In this document: in pieces, positions 37,601 through 52,600 of the stretch
How the letters are laid out: the number at the start of each line of letters is the position of its first letter
How positions within the stretch are numbered: the stretch's first letter is position 1
Source of the DNA: an uncultured Candidatus Saccharibacteria bacterium
GTDB lineage: Bacteria > Patescibacteriota > Minisyncoccia > Phycocordibacterales > UBA918
DNA length: 64,000 nt
Direction of reading: 5' to 3'
Assembly: GCA_964353135.1 (NCBI GenBank)
Contig: CAYGTV010000001.1
Coordinates: forward strand, 309,497 to 373,496
Translations under genes and position numbers: made by a program
Notes under the pieces: generated by a model
The model's database searches: none
What the model was told of the DNA's origin: nothing
Seen by the model: only the letters and a program-made list of their open reading frames with translations

Positions 37601-40600
37601 TGAGCGTAGTTGCACTAGTGTTCCAACTACTGACATCGGTATTCTCGCCCAACGTTAGGATATCGTATGACTCGGTGGCTGTAACTTTGACGTTTGTTTC
37701 GTACTGATTGCCCCCATCAAGCACCAAGGTTGTCCCGGTCCAGGTAGTAGCAGCACCGCCAACCGTGTTTGTAAATACATTCCCTACGTATACCCGTGAC
37801 CCTGGATTTACCGTAAATGTCCCGGCATTTGTGATTGCAAAGTTATTGGTGGTAGTTGCATTGTCGATCAGTGTCCAACCACCAGCCCCAGCAATCACTA
37901 GGTTGTAGAGGTCGTTTGCGCCTGGGTCGATAAACTCACCACCATCGGCTGAGTTAAACAACAGTGTACCCAAACCGTTGTTGTATACCCCACCAGACAC
38001 ATCAAACGACCCGCCAATTGACACGGTTCCAGTACCGACAGTAAGTGCACCGTCAGAAAGAGTGAGGTTGCCAAGTAATGCGGCAGAAGGATCGGTCAGG
38101 GTGTAATCGCCACCAGTAGCAGTAACAGTCAGGTTTGTCAGGTCGTTGCCGCTCAGAGTAATGATATTTCCGCCAGTGGTACCAACCACTTGAACTGTAC
38201 CGCCATTGTGTGTGATCGTGTCAGTAACCACAAAGTCTTCTCCCACAATCAGCGTACCGCTAGGCAACGTTACAGTCCCGGTTGCAACGGTAAATGATTG
38301 CGTGGTAGTCGCAACAACGTCTGCAAAACTCCACGCACCGACGCCTGAGAATAGAACCGTATCTGCGGTTGACCCCCCAAATCGAACGACGTTACCAAGG
38401 TCAGTCGCAGTAAAGTACAGCACACCACCATTAGCATCAAATGACCCACCAGTGTTTTCAAACGATCCGGCTACCGTTGAAGTTCCAGTTGGTAAAGTCA
38501 GATCACCATTACTAATGACAACATCATTACCGGCAGTAAAGGTTGGATCGGTAATTGTCCAATCACCCGAACCAGAGAAAGTAACATCGAACAGTACCGC
38601 TTCGTTAAAGTCTAGGGTTCGGCCAGCACCGGCAGCTGTAAAGTCAAAGGCTGATTGAGCTGGGGCCAACAGTGATCCGGCTGCGGTAACAATGTCTCCA
38701 CCAACACTATGAGTTTCTCCATTTGCAGCTATGTAATCAGCGCCTGTTAGCAACTCGAGCGAGCCATCATACGACGAACCACTTCCCCCACCACTAATGG
38801 TTACATCACCACCTGGCTGGAAATTTTTGTTTGCCCACACCAAGAGAGTAAAGTCAGCTGGCAAAGTCAATGTATCGGTTCCAGCGTCAACCGCAGTAAA
38901 CGGAATATCAGCATCGTCACTACTGTCGTAGACCGACATAGCTGCAATCGTTTGCGCCCCTGCACTCTCATGTCGAACAATCACGTGATTTTCGTACAAA
39001 TCCATGTCACCAATCAGTGAGATCGGGTCTTTGGAAACTGTTGCCGCCTGAATCGCCTCACCATCAATGTACACAGTTAGAGTGTCACTTGGACCAAAAC
39101 CAATATCGGTAAAGGTGTAATCCCCTGTACCGACCGCACAAGAAGTTGAAGCAAAGGTTAGACCTTGGATACTCAATCGTAGATTGTTAGTAACACCATC
39201 ACAGATAGTTGAAATGGCTGATCGATCGTTTTGGTACACCGTACCTGAGATATCAATAATAGCGGCTGAGTCTGTCCACACAAGATATCCTGGATCTCCT
39301 CCTGGGTCGACGTCTTTTGCTTCACCATCAAGGTTACCGTCAACGTTTACAAACCGCCACGAACTGATACTGGTTCCTGTTGCCGTCACGTTGAAGGCGT
39401 TAATGGTAGTGGTTGTCGCAAACCGGTTATTAGTAAAGTTTTTAGCTGGATTTGCCCCAATCACACTACCACCAACCGTCATCGCAGACCCACCTGCAAA
39501 TGCGACCTCAAAGTCTCCCCGTGAGAGATCAACGACGTTTGGTGTCCCGGTAAGAACCAGTCCGTCAGACACAATGTCGCGTACTGTGTAGTACTGCATA
39601 TCGACAGTTGCGGTTCCTCCAATAGTCATACTGTATGGACCAGCACCTTGAGCCATAATTGTTGTACTGGCGGTTGAAGTACCAAGCACCGTCAATGATC
39701 CGCCGGTATACAGCACACTACCCCCATCCTCAATGCGAACATCTGCTATACGAGGTACCCCGAGAGTTGCTCCATCAAAGTCAGTCGCATAACTCCAATG
39801 ATCAGCTCCAGCAGCACTAATGAAATCACCATAAATAAGCAGATTTCCATCAACCCTTTGATGATCCATTGAATACAATGAACTGTTTGGTGCCGTAGTT
39901 ACTACAGTTGTAGTTGAGTTCCAGAGTCTTGGGTGTGTACCCGCCTCAGTCACGATAGTGTCATAGGTATCACCAGTTGCTTTTGTGTTGATTGTAAACG
40001 CAGTGCCACTGGTTAGTTTAAGGGTAGATCCAGTCCAAGTTGTAGCTGCGTCAGGCATCAAGTTACTAAAGTTACCGGCAACAGATAGAGTCAGACCAGG
40101 GTTCAAGGTAAACCCAGTCACAGAAGCACCAAGTGAGGTGCGTCCAGTGGTAGTAGCACTTTCAACAATTGAGTAATTTGCAGCACCAGTGATGTTGAGC
40201 TTTCCAAATGGTGAATTTCCGGCAGCAATAGTAGCGCTTCCACTAGTGCGCGCAAAGGTGGTGGTTCCGTTATTTGCAGTAAATACACCGTCATTATTCC
40301 AACTTCCATTAACTGTCATTGTTCGGATATCACTAGCAATCAACGTACCAAGCGTTCCAATTGACACATTTGCACCCACCGACACGGCTGGATCATTGAT
40401 CGTTGCATTCAAGGTAGATGTACCAAGCACACCAACCCTCAAGTTATTGAGTACCTGTAGTCCGGTAATTGGTGCCGTAGCATTAACGACACCACCCCGA
40501 TCAGTATCAATCACTAAGTTGTAATAAGGAGTTTGGCGTACATTTGGAGTTGCTCCACTGTAACGGATGGTACTGATGTCTTCGAGAAACGAACCAGTTT

Positions 40601-43600
40601 CAACCAGCACGTTACCGTTTCCTTGCAGATCAAACACACTATTATTAGCATCAAGGAAGTGACCTGCGGCAATAGTCAGCACACTTCGCACTGAAGTTGT
40701 GGCAGTTCCAGCTGGAGTTGTGATTCCTGCTGCAACTCCATTTCCGAGCGTGAGACTGTTAAATGTCCACGGTCGCACTCCACCCAACGTGTTGGTACTG
40801 AGAATACGAGTTAACCCACCAGTCAGGTTCACAGTTCCGTCACCACCAAATGAACCACTATTTACTGTTATATTGGCCACTCCACTCACGGTACCAGTCG
40901 CAACTGTGATGCCGGTTTGTGAGATAATCGGTGTTTGCACAGCCCATCCACCATTTGTACCAGTAAAGGTCAAACTGTTGAATGTAATAGTTGAACTTGC
41001 GGCTGAGCCAATTTGCTGCCCTGGGTTGTTTGCGGTAAAGGTAATTGGGCTCGTAGCTCCAGAGAACGTTGCTCCGGTTTCGAGATAGAGTGAACCACCA
41101 ACTGTAATCGGGTCTGAGCCATTAGCCTGCAGCACAGAACCAGCCTTTTGTAGGATTGAGCCATCAGCTGCAGTTGTACCCGAGCCGAGCAAGTCAATCA
41201 CTCCACCTGGTGCAAAAGTCCGGTTATTCCAAACCACTAGCCCTGACCCGTCAGCTACAGTCAATGTATCTGGCGCACCAAGGGTGGCGGTGAACGGTAG
41301 ATCACTTTCGGTAGTCGAGTCAAAGATACTCATGTCGAAAATAGTCAGCGGATCGATATTTGAGTGTCGCACGACTACTCGATCCTGGTAGAGATCCATG
41401 TCATTGATAGCGTTTGCTACTGAAACAGCTGCTGGTCGCAACGCAAACTGACCAACGTTAACATCATCAGTACTACCACCAGTGAGCGTCGCAGCACCGG
41501 TAGCACCGGCAGTCACCATTGATCGTCCAGAGACAGCGAGCAGCCGGTTGTTTGTCACAATATCTTGTCCAAGCGTTTTCCATGGTGCTGCTGGCATATC
41601 CATTGCTCCATCGTCGATTACATACCAACCAGCCAAAACATAGGCGCCTGGCGTCAGTGTAGTGACACTTGGTGCTGCTGGTGTAGAAGTATTTTGTAGG
41701 TTACTCCATACCGGAGCAACGTCAAATACGTTCGTTGCGTCTACGCCATCAAACGAACCAATCCAGTATGAATACTCTTCGGAATTGGTATCGTTACTTG
41801 TAAACGGATAGGTAGTCGGCTCAGCTCCAGCATTAGTGACAACCTTGTACCACAAACTGGTATACATCTGGTTTCCAATCACTTGTAGCTGTTCAGCTGC
41901 AGCAATCCAACCACTTGGCGGTGTGAAATTGAAATCATCTTCTTTTGCTAGCATCATCACCAACACATCACCATTTTCAACTGCAGGACGTTCCACGTTC
42001 ACATCAGCTGCATTGAGTACGTTACCGGTCTCAACTCGATAGTCTCGGAGTGACACTTGCTCAAACGGTGAACCATTATTCCCTAGTGGTGTCTTGGTGA
42101 CTGCGGCTGCCACAATTGAACTCGTTGCAGTTGGGCTGCTAGCTGGACGGAAAGCAAACTGACCAGCGTGAGGATCACGGCTTGAAATCACACCGGTCAT
42201 AGTTGAGCTACCGGTTGGACCTGCAGTTTTCATCAAGCGTGACGCGACACTTAGGTTGTTGTTAGCAGCACTGACGATATTGTCTGCTCGAACGTCCCAG
42301 TTATAGCTTGGCACTACAGTCGTATCGTCATTATCGACATACCACGCAGACAGGACAAGTGATCCGTTAGTGACAGTTGTTAGTTGAGGTGCGTTCGGCG
42401 CCTGTTCATTTTGATACTTAGTCCACACACTCGCCACATCAATCGGCGTAACCGGGTCAACATTAGTAAGTGCACCCATCCAGTAACTAAAGTTTTCACC
42501 GTTATCGTTAAGTGGGAAATCGTAAGTTGCTGGCTCACCCGCGGCAGTAGCTACTCGTCGATACCAAATACCAGTACCAATCTGATCACCGGTTGCGTTA
42601 CCAAGGATATCAACCGCAGTCCAACCAGCTGGTACTGCTCCAAACGCAGTATCATCGTCCTTCCCAACGATCAACACGAGCGTTGTATCATCAATCAAAG
42701 CCGGACGATTTACGGTCAAAAGGTTGCTTGCTACTGATCCGATCCCAGTTGTTTCAGCATAGATACCCACATTAGTTTGAGGTGTAAGTGCACTACTCTC
42801 GATATAGGTCGTAATTTGTGGTTCACCGGTATAGGCAATTCCTGTCACTTCATACGATCCATCTGCAGCACTACATGCAGCCGTGTAACTAGTAACGCCA
42901 TCGAGCACTACAGTAACCACTTCGGTAGAATCGTTACAGACTGGCGCACCCATTGGGGTCACGCCGTCATCTTGGTATACCACCCCTGAAATGGTTACAG
43001 CGAAGTTACTGTCATCCCACTGGACTGACCCCGGATCACCATCATCGTTATCAAACGCTTCTCCATACAAATTACCTGAACCTGCTGAGAAGAGCCAGAA
43101 GGTGCTTGGCACTCCATCTGCGGTCACGTTGTACGTCACCGTCTCAGCTGAAGTTGTGGCATACAGACTAGTTGGATCAGTGAGGTTTTTATACTCGGTA
43201 TCAATCCAGTTCGTACTAGGAATCACGGTGGTGAATCGAAGTTCATCAACATCTATGTCCATATAAGTGCCGCCACCATAGCGTCCAATTTGCAATCCAG
43301 TTTGCGATGGATTCTCACCGGTAGGAGTTTGAGTGTACGAATCACGTAACTGATTATCTTCATAGATCTCAACTGTCTCTCCGTCAATTGCTCGACCTAA
43401 CGTTGTAAAGTGGTGCCAGATTGCTGGGTTTCGGGTGAAGTTGTAGTCATTACCAGATGATTCACCAAACCGGTGATACCCCCGGGTTGCGTTGTCGTAC
43501 CACGGCATAAACGCCAGACAGTTATCATTCACACAGCCAGGGCCAAACTGCCAGAGTGCACCAGTATCAAAAGCAGACTGAAAGTAGAGCCCAGAAGATA

Positions 43601-46600
43601 CTAAGTCGTCGCCAGCTTCCCAAGTCCAACCGCTGTTGGCTAACATCACGTTTGTTGCCGTAGTATCAAGTGCAGTACCGAGCTGACCTGACGTGGTCGC
43701 TGGCGTTCCAACTGTCGGGAAGAGGTCTCGCTGATTTCCTGAAACGTCAGTAATGCGTACCGTTGGATCCTCGTTAAAGTGATACACCGCTTCGTAGTTG
43801 ACCCACACTGCCTGCGCGCCAAATTCATCAGTCGGTGCGTACGCCACCGCTGCTGGGTTAGCAAAGTGAATGTAAAATGCTGTATTTTCAACCGACGACA
43901 ACGTAGGTGCCAAGAGATGTAACTCTCCAGTTTGATTAGCGGTGTTGATTTCAACTAGGTCAAATGGCAGTTCAACTCCGTTACTTGTAGTGACTCTGAT
44001 ATCTCGTCCATCACTTTGTACACCAGCCCAGAAGCCAGCCCCTAGAGTCGACAGGTCTACGTATAGCGGGAACTGCTCGAGCGTTTCATTAATTTCAGAC
44101 GCCAGAACTGTCACCACTACTTGATCAGCCCAGGCTGGTTCATAGATACTATTTGCAGAAGAAGTACTAAAGACCATATTGGTGTACTCAGCAGACGGCT
44201 GCAGATTAATAGTTGCAGCATCAGCTGTGATACCTGTTCTACCTCCCGCAACTGCAAACGCACTGTTTGCAAGGGTGTCAATTGTAGTTCCACTACGCAA
44301 CTCTAACCCTGCAGGACCAATGTTACTGAACGAAGCGTAGTCAATTGCAACTGTACCAGCAGTAACACCGAGCGTATAAATACCAGAGAGAGATGACACC
44401 GTAGTTTCATTGCCACTAACGCCTACCACATTAAGTGTCGTGCTCGTTCCAAATGAAAGCTCTGCACCACGACCCATTTGCACAGTAACCGCTCGCTCAA
44501 CACCAGTTAAATCTGTTCCGTCGAAATCAGTGGCGTAGCTCCAGTGTTCAGTACCAGTTGTACGCTCATATTGACCGTAGATCTGCAACGTACCGTCAAT
44601 ATCCGCGTAATCAGGCATATAGAGTGACGATGTATCACGTACCGTAGAGGTACTCACTGTTGAGTTCCATAACACAAGATCAGAGTCGTTTGACACAATC
44701 ATTCGGGCATAGTCATCCCCTTCATCAAGCCGACCAGTAATCGTGTAATCTCCTCCAGTTAGTACGAGTGTACTGCCGGCCCATGTGGTCGCCGCTGATG
44801 CAAAAGTGTTGGTAAACTGACCACCTACTGTCATTGTGTTGCCTGATTGCAGTGTGAAATCAGCTCCAGTTACAAGTGACGCATTATTAGTTACGGTAGT
44901 AGTAGCAATACTCCACCCACCACCTACACCATTAAAGCTGAGGTTATAAAAAGCACCTTTTCCAAACTCTACCGTTTCTCCTGTATCAGTACTGTTAAAA
45001 GTAGTAGTAGCACTGTTTGGATCAAACGTTCCGCCAGTGTTAAGGGCTGAACCACCAATCAAAAGATTACTAGTTGGTGCAACCAGGTTGGCAAAATTAA
45101 CTGTCAAATCACCAAGTACCGTCGTTACTGACTCATCGAGTGTGAATGATGAGGCAACATCTAGGTAACTTTCTGAACTCGTACTGTAGAAGTTAACCGC
45201 ATTGGTGAAGTTCTCAAACTCTGTAGTGATCCACTCATTAGAACGAGTAGTAGTCGCGAATCGAAGCTCATCAATTAGAATTTGACCATAGTTTCCAGTG
45301 TTGTACCGTCCAATCTGCAATCCTGTCTGAGATGGATTTTGACCCGTAGCAGTCTGGGCGTAGAAGTCTCGGATAACACCGTCCTCGTAGATTTCTACCT
45401 GTGCACCGTCAGTTGCTCGTCCAAGGGTCGTGAAGTGGTGCCAGTTTAGTGAATCACGAGTAAAGCGGTAATCGTTACCAGAAGTCTCACCAAAGCGATT
45501 ATATCCCCGATCAACACTATCGTACCAAGGTAAAAATGCTAGACAGTTATCTCCAGTACAGGTGGTACCAAACTGCCACAGAGCGACGTCGTCAACGGTA
45601 GACATGAAATAGAGCCCTGAAGACACCAAGTCTTCACCAGCAGTCCAAGTCCAATCAGCATCACCTACCATGACGTTACCAGTGGTTGTATCAAGCGCTG
45701 TACCCATCAGACCAGTTGCCTGATCTGCCAGACCAACCAGTGGCGCTAGATCCTTACCATTACCAGTCACATCGACAAACCCAACCGCTGGGTCACGCAC
45801 AAAGTGGTATACAGCCTCATACTCTCGCCAAACTGCATTACGTCCATATGGATCAGTCACATCATACGCAACGGCGTCCGGGTTGTTGTAATACACATAG
45901 AAGGTTGTGTCTGCAAAACTACTCACAGCTGGTGCCAAGAAGTGGATTTCTCCGCTATCATCACCCGTACTAACATCAACCACTTCAACTGGTACTTCAG
46001 TTACACCATCAGCTGTTGTCACTCTGATATCGTTTCCACTGTTACCTACTCCAGACCAGAACGTAGATCCAAGATGAGCCAAGTTCACATAGACCGGATA
46101 ATTAGTGAGGTCAGCATCGACCATACCCGCATCAATAGTCACCTCGATCCGATTATTCCAATCAGTGTTGTACCATCCAGAACCAGCAGACAGATCGCCA
46201 AAGATAACGTTATTAAATGTCGATCCATTAGTAGAAATTAACTCACTTTCTGACGAAGTAAAGGTAACCGTTCCACCATTGGCGTTAAATCCTCCTCCAT
46301 TAACATCAAGCCTTCCACCGATGGTCAACCCATCACTCGGGAACACAACCGAACCAGCATTAATAATCATGTTATTAGAGGTGGTTGCATTTACTTCAGT
46401 AAAGGTATACGTCCCTACACCATTAAACGTCACATTATTGAATGCGTTGAGGAATTCTGTTCCACTTAGAGTGATACTTTCTGGACCAGTACTTGAGAAT
46501 CGCACTTCACCATTATTGTGCATAAAGACACCTGTATTAGTAAACGATCCACCAATGGTCAGCGTTCCAGTTGGTAGAGCAATGGTACCTGTAGCCACAG

Positions 46601-49600
46601 TGAAGTCGTTATTGACTGACACAGATGTGCTTAAAAAGGCTGCTGTGGTGACCGAGTCATCCATTGTGAAGTTGTAGAAGCTCGCACCACCGGCAGTAAT
46701 GTTATGAGTTGCTTCATCTAGCAGCACGTCAGGCTGATACGTCTGTGGTGAAGTTGTACTGTAAAACAGATTCGGTCGGAACTGATTGAGATACTCTGCC
46801 TCTATCCAGGCTTGCGACCGAGTTTCTGTTGTTACCCGGAATTCATCCAAAATGGCGTTGATTGAACCACCAGTTCCCTCTCGCCCGACCTTTAATCCAG
46901 TGAGGGTGTTTTGTGGGTTTGCGACTGACTGCGCTACTCGTTCAACTTCGATTGCATTTTGATACACAAGGTTATCAGCCGAGGTTGAAGTAGCACCAAG
47001 AGTTGTAAAGTGATACCAACGAGTAGTGTCACGTGGGTTAATTGAGTAGGTTGCACCTCCGGTTTGACCAAAGTAATGGAGACCGTTAGTAGTTTGGTAC
47101 CAAGGACGGAACTCAATATTGTCCGGCTGTGCGTTGTCTCCCCACTCCCAGTATGCCTCGTTGCTGGCGGCACTCATGAAGTACCACCCAGAAGTTGTCA
47201 GTGGATCACCAGCCGTCCAGAAGAAGTCAGGGTCACTGAGGTACCCAGTTGAACCGTTAAAGTCAAAAGCAGTACCCAACTGACCGGTTGAGGTAGCTAG
47301 ACCTTCAATTAACACAGTCAGGTTAAAGCCATTTCCAGTAGCGTCGACTATGGTGTTAGAAACAGCTGTTGGATCATCGGCAAAGTGATACACCGCTTTG
47401 TAGTCGACCCACACATTGTCACGTCCGTAGGTGGCCGCATTAGCGTAGCGATTGGCAGCTGGGTTGTCAAAGTAAATATAAAACGTAGTATCAGCAATAT
47501 CACTAACACTATCAGCTAGGAAGTGAAGCTCACCGGTTTGTGCTGTTGTATCAATTGCAACTAGATCAATTGGCAACTCGGTCTGACCATCACTTGCAGT
47601 CACGCGAATGTCCCCACCATCACTTTTCACATCACTCCAAAATGCTGCACCCAGTGTACTAAGGTCAACAAACATCGGGAAATTAGTCAAAGGCGCGTTA
47701 ACCTCAGCACTATCAACCACTACTGCTACTCGTTTATCAAACGCATTGTCGCCATACCAGTCAGATGAGCCTGGGATAATTGGTGGGTAGACGCGGTCGT
47801 CTGCCACTAATCGTACGGTACTGGTCTGTGCCGAGAAGTTACCTTGATTCAACCAATCACCTCCTACGTTAATAGTGTTCCCAGTCCCACCAACCAACGT
47901 ATCATTAGCACCAATTCGGATATCGTACGCCGACACGTCTGTGGTGACACTGAGCACTGTACTTGGACCATCAATGACCACATTTCCGATATTTTGTAGT
48001 CCAGCAGACCGATCAGTCCAGCTGCGTGCACCGGCTCCGTCAAACGTAGTAGTACCAGTACCAAACCACACCCCACCAAACTCAGTGACGAGACTGCCAG
48101 CGATAGAAATATCAAAACCTGTGCGATCCAGCGTACCAGTAGCCACCGTCAAACTACCAGACAAATCGAGTCCAACACTTGGGGTAAAGGTAGCAGTCCC
48201 AAACCCACCAAAACCAAGGTTATGGAACCGCAAAGGACTTTCAGTTGAAGATATTGTCTCAGCGCCGGTTGATGCGATCAGGTTAACGGTTGAGGTATCA
48301 GCTGATGATGTAGCATTGTTCGTCCATGATCCGGTCAAATTAAACGTATTGGCATCAAGCTCAATCGTCCCATCATTCACAAAATCGTGAGTATTGATAG
48401 TTACTGTCGTAGACGTCGCAGGAATGTAGGTTTGACCTGGCCCAACATACAGATTTGAGTTATCACACGTTCCTACCGCACAGATTGTTAGATTATTTGA
48501 CCCATCAACATCAAAGAAGATATCTTCATCACCAGAGACACTGTTGTCATATAGCCCAAATTGTAGGTTAGATAGTGTACCGATCTCGTTGGCGTCAATT
48601 GCAACATGCTGTTCATGTAGTTTTACACCAGTAATATCACCCAAACCATCATAGCGAAACACTGTTACTGCTTCTTTATCGTCTGCTGCATCATCAATCC
48701 AAACAGTGATCGTATCGCCAGCAAAGGCTGTAACGTTTGTTAGATTCCAAGTACCATCAATAGCAATAGTACCCACACTAGCCAGCGGTACTGCATTAAC
48801 CGCTGCCCTAATCTGACCAACAATTAATGATGCAGCTGAACTGGTCGCATAGAAAGTAGTCGGATCAAGCTGATTGGCGTACTCAGTAGTAATCCATCCA
48901 TCACTACGCTTTACGTTTGCAAATCGGAGTTCATCAAGATCACCTTGGAAGCCTTGTGATGTTTGCCCACCAAAGTTCTCCCAGGTTGAATTTCCAACCT
49001 GAGCCGCATCAGAAAACATTCGAGTCCTGGTGCCATCAATATAGACATCAACTTTGTTTGCACTATCGCGGGTTAGTACCACATGTGACCACGTACCATC
49101 AGTTGGACTATTGACTGACGTATCGCTTGCGCCACCTGCAATCACTCGGGCAAAATTTCGACCAGCTGGACTACTCCATGGACCAAACTTCTCATCAGCA
49201 CCAGCGTTTTTTGATATAGCAAATCCATCTCCAGTCGATCGCCACCACATCGATGCTGAAAATTCGCCAGAGTATGTGAGTGCACTACCAAAGATACCTC
49301 CATCATTACCATCATGGTTTATAGCTTGACCGATTTGCCCAGTGACCACGTCACCTGCAGTCATACCGGTGTAAGAAACGGCGTCGTTTCCATTATCGGT
49401 ACTATCTAGCTGCAACCCACTTGAAGTTGGATCATCATCAAGAGCGTAGCGAAGGTCATAGCCGTTGACCCATACATTCTCTGAACCATACGTACTTGCG
49501 GCAGCATATGCTGTGGCGGTGGCGTTATTGTAATAAATATAAAATGTATTATCTGTCACGCTGCTCAAGGTTGGAGCCAAGAAGTGCAACTCACCAGTAT

Positions 49601-52600
49601 CAGTAGCCGTATTTATAGACACCAAATCAAATGGTGTTTCAGTACTCCCATCACCAAGAGTCACCCGTATATCACGACCATCACTTTGTACACCAGACCA
49701 GAAATCAGGCCCCAGGTCAGCCAGATCAACATAGATCGGGTAATCAGTCAGAGTCTCATCGACGTTCGCTGCTGGTATTACAAGCTCAAGACTACCAAGC
49801 CAAGCTGGATCATACAGCGATGCACCAGAAAGTGGAGTCTGGCGATTGGGTTGGAAGATGCGCCCAGACATGTTTACACCTTCACTCCACTCAACCTGCC
49901 ACTCATTAATCTGTGGACAGTTACCACTTGCACATTCAAGGGTCGCAAATGGTCGAATTTGGTCATACACATCGATATCGATTGTAGTGAGGTCAATTGG
50001 ACTCGAAGTAAAGCCAGTACTGTTACCTGGTAGAGCAACGTCTGGGATCAGAGCGTACTCGCCTTCACTAACTCGATACTGCATTTGATACGTAATCTCA
50101 CTCGCACCAGGAGTAGTATCAACCCATGAGAAGTTTTCAAATTTTGGTCCAGCACCATCGCTAAAGATGATGTCTTCCCCAGCTATGGTACTCACGAGTC
50201 CACCAGTTGTAATGTCCCGTTTAATCAAACCTGAAGCATCTTCAAAGGCAACGATCGATATGATGTTGGCAGCATGGTTGTCTGCCGTTGGTCCCATTTC
50301 TGAAATACTTGTAAATAGGTTGACGTTAGTACTAGCGGTACCCAAGTCTTTTTGAGCGAACCCTCCTTCTGCTCCGTCATCTCCGTTGTTGTGCACCACT
50401 GTAACCGCTGGTGCGGTAGTAAACCCAGTAAGTGCAGTTGCTGATTCAATATGAGTGATGGCATCAGCCGAATTACGAGCCTGGAATCTTGTACCATCAA
50501 CCACACCGGTAGCAACCTCAAATAGCATATAGTCAATGTCTTCGGCCCCGATATGCGTACTGCCAGTAAACTTACTGATAGCGAGCGAGAGACGTAACTG
50601 CGATGTGGTCACCTCACTTTGGAATGAACCGCCACCGTCGACGTGACTGGCGACCCAGTCACTATCATTATCACTCGCAACTGTTGCTAGTACAGTAGGT
50701 GGAGCAGAAAAGGCTGGTGAAATTGGCACCACAGTACCAACCACATCAGAATACGCATTTACTTGCTTATCAGTTACTGACTCTTGGGTTGCTGCAACTA
50801 CACGAAAACCGCCAGCCCCATTATTGATTACCCAGTCCCCCGCTTCCATTACAATGTAATCAACTTCCGTACTACCAGTAAATGAATTGAGATAGTTGTC
50901 GACTTTAATCTCGAAACTATTCTCAGTTTTATTTCGAATACGAGCCGTTCGAGAGTTATCCGTGGTATTAAAGTTAAACTCTGGTGAGGCAACCACAACC
51001 ATGTCGGTATAATCAAGCGATGTCACAACTGTTTGCCACTCGTTGTTAGTAGCGGTTACTCGGCCGTATTCTCCGATATCCTCACTCACCACCACCGAAC
51101 CACCTGAAACAGCAGTTGTTCCGTCCAGGAACCCTTGATTGAACTGGTCACGAGTAGTTTGGAACCAGGTTGAAAGCGTGACACCGGTGTCAACAGTAAA
51201 GGAATCAGGTACTGACCACGGACTCCAAGCGTCTCCACCGGCCGGGTCTTTGGCCCGTACTCGCCACCAGTAAGTAGTCCCGTCTGCAAACGGTGATCCA
51301 GCTTGAGTGGTGTAAGTCAATCGATCGCCGGAAACAAATGGACTCGTGTCTGCACCATTGGCGGTATTAGCAAAGCCAGCGTCAACTCCTGAATTGAAGG
51401 TTGAGGTTGCAGCGGTGAAGTTAAAGCTAGTACTAAAGGAAATTTCATATTCCAGATCGTCACCCTGAGGATCTGATGATACAAAATCAAACACAGGCAA
51501 TGTATTGGCTGTTTTTTGGTTATCAAACGGATCACCAAGGTCTGGTGTTTCAACACGCTGACCCCAAGTCACCTTCCAGTCTTGTAGTGACACAGTAGTC
51601 CCGGTCAAAGTAGCGACCAGTCTGATTTCGTTATAGATACTAGTGTCCAAACCAAGAATACTCACTGGAGATGAGGCGATACCTATATCGTTACCTGGAA
51701 TCAGGGTCGCTGGAACCAGGGTCCATGTTCCATTATTGTTGTATTCAATTTGCACCGACAAACTACCCGATGTTTCAGTCTCATTCCAAGACACTTCTCC
51801 CCAAGCATTACCAACTGTCGCGTCATCAAAGTCTATTGGAGTACTAGTAATGATTCCGGTACCACCTGAAAGATTAGCCTGTCCAGCCGCTACAGTAATA
51901 TTACTTAGACCATTAGTAGCAAACTGATCTCCAGTGGTTTGTAGCCATTCGCTAACAGTCACGTTTGTATCGATTGTAAAGCTATACGGTGTTGACCAGT
52001 CACTACTTGTTGCAGAACCTTCGGGATCACTAGCTCGGACTCGCCACCAGTAGGTAGTGGTTGCAGGTAGGGGTGTTGCCGCAGTAAATCGAATAACCTC
52101 ACCAGATACAAACGGAGATTTATCCGCTCCACCATCTGCTTCTTCAAACAAAAGGAAGTTAGTCTCAGAGTCTCGCTGTAGTTCTACTGAGCTAAAATCA
52201 GCGTCATTATCAATCTGTATTTCGTAGTTCACATCATCACCAGCGATATCACTGGCAACAAAGGTTAACGTTGGGATGATCGCCGGAGTGTTTTCATTAT
52301 CGAAAAATGAAATCGGTAATGGTGTATTTGGTGGCCCCACAGTCTCTAACTCTGGATACACTGTGTAGTTCGTAAAATCACCTTCTTCGACCCGCACCAT
52401 TCGGAAACAGTAATTTGTGTTTACTTCTATATTACTTGCAGTAATCACCCAATCCCATTCAGCCACTTGCCCGGTGCCGATATCAACCGGAACAAAGTCC
52501 GAGAAGTTACGTTCTTCATAGGTTGCTAGCACTGTCGTAGAAGCCAGGAGACTTGTTGGAATCTGTGAACCATCAGCAACAGTAGTGTTATTAAAACCTG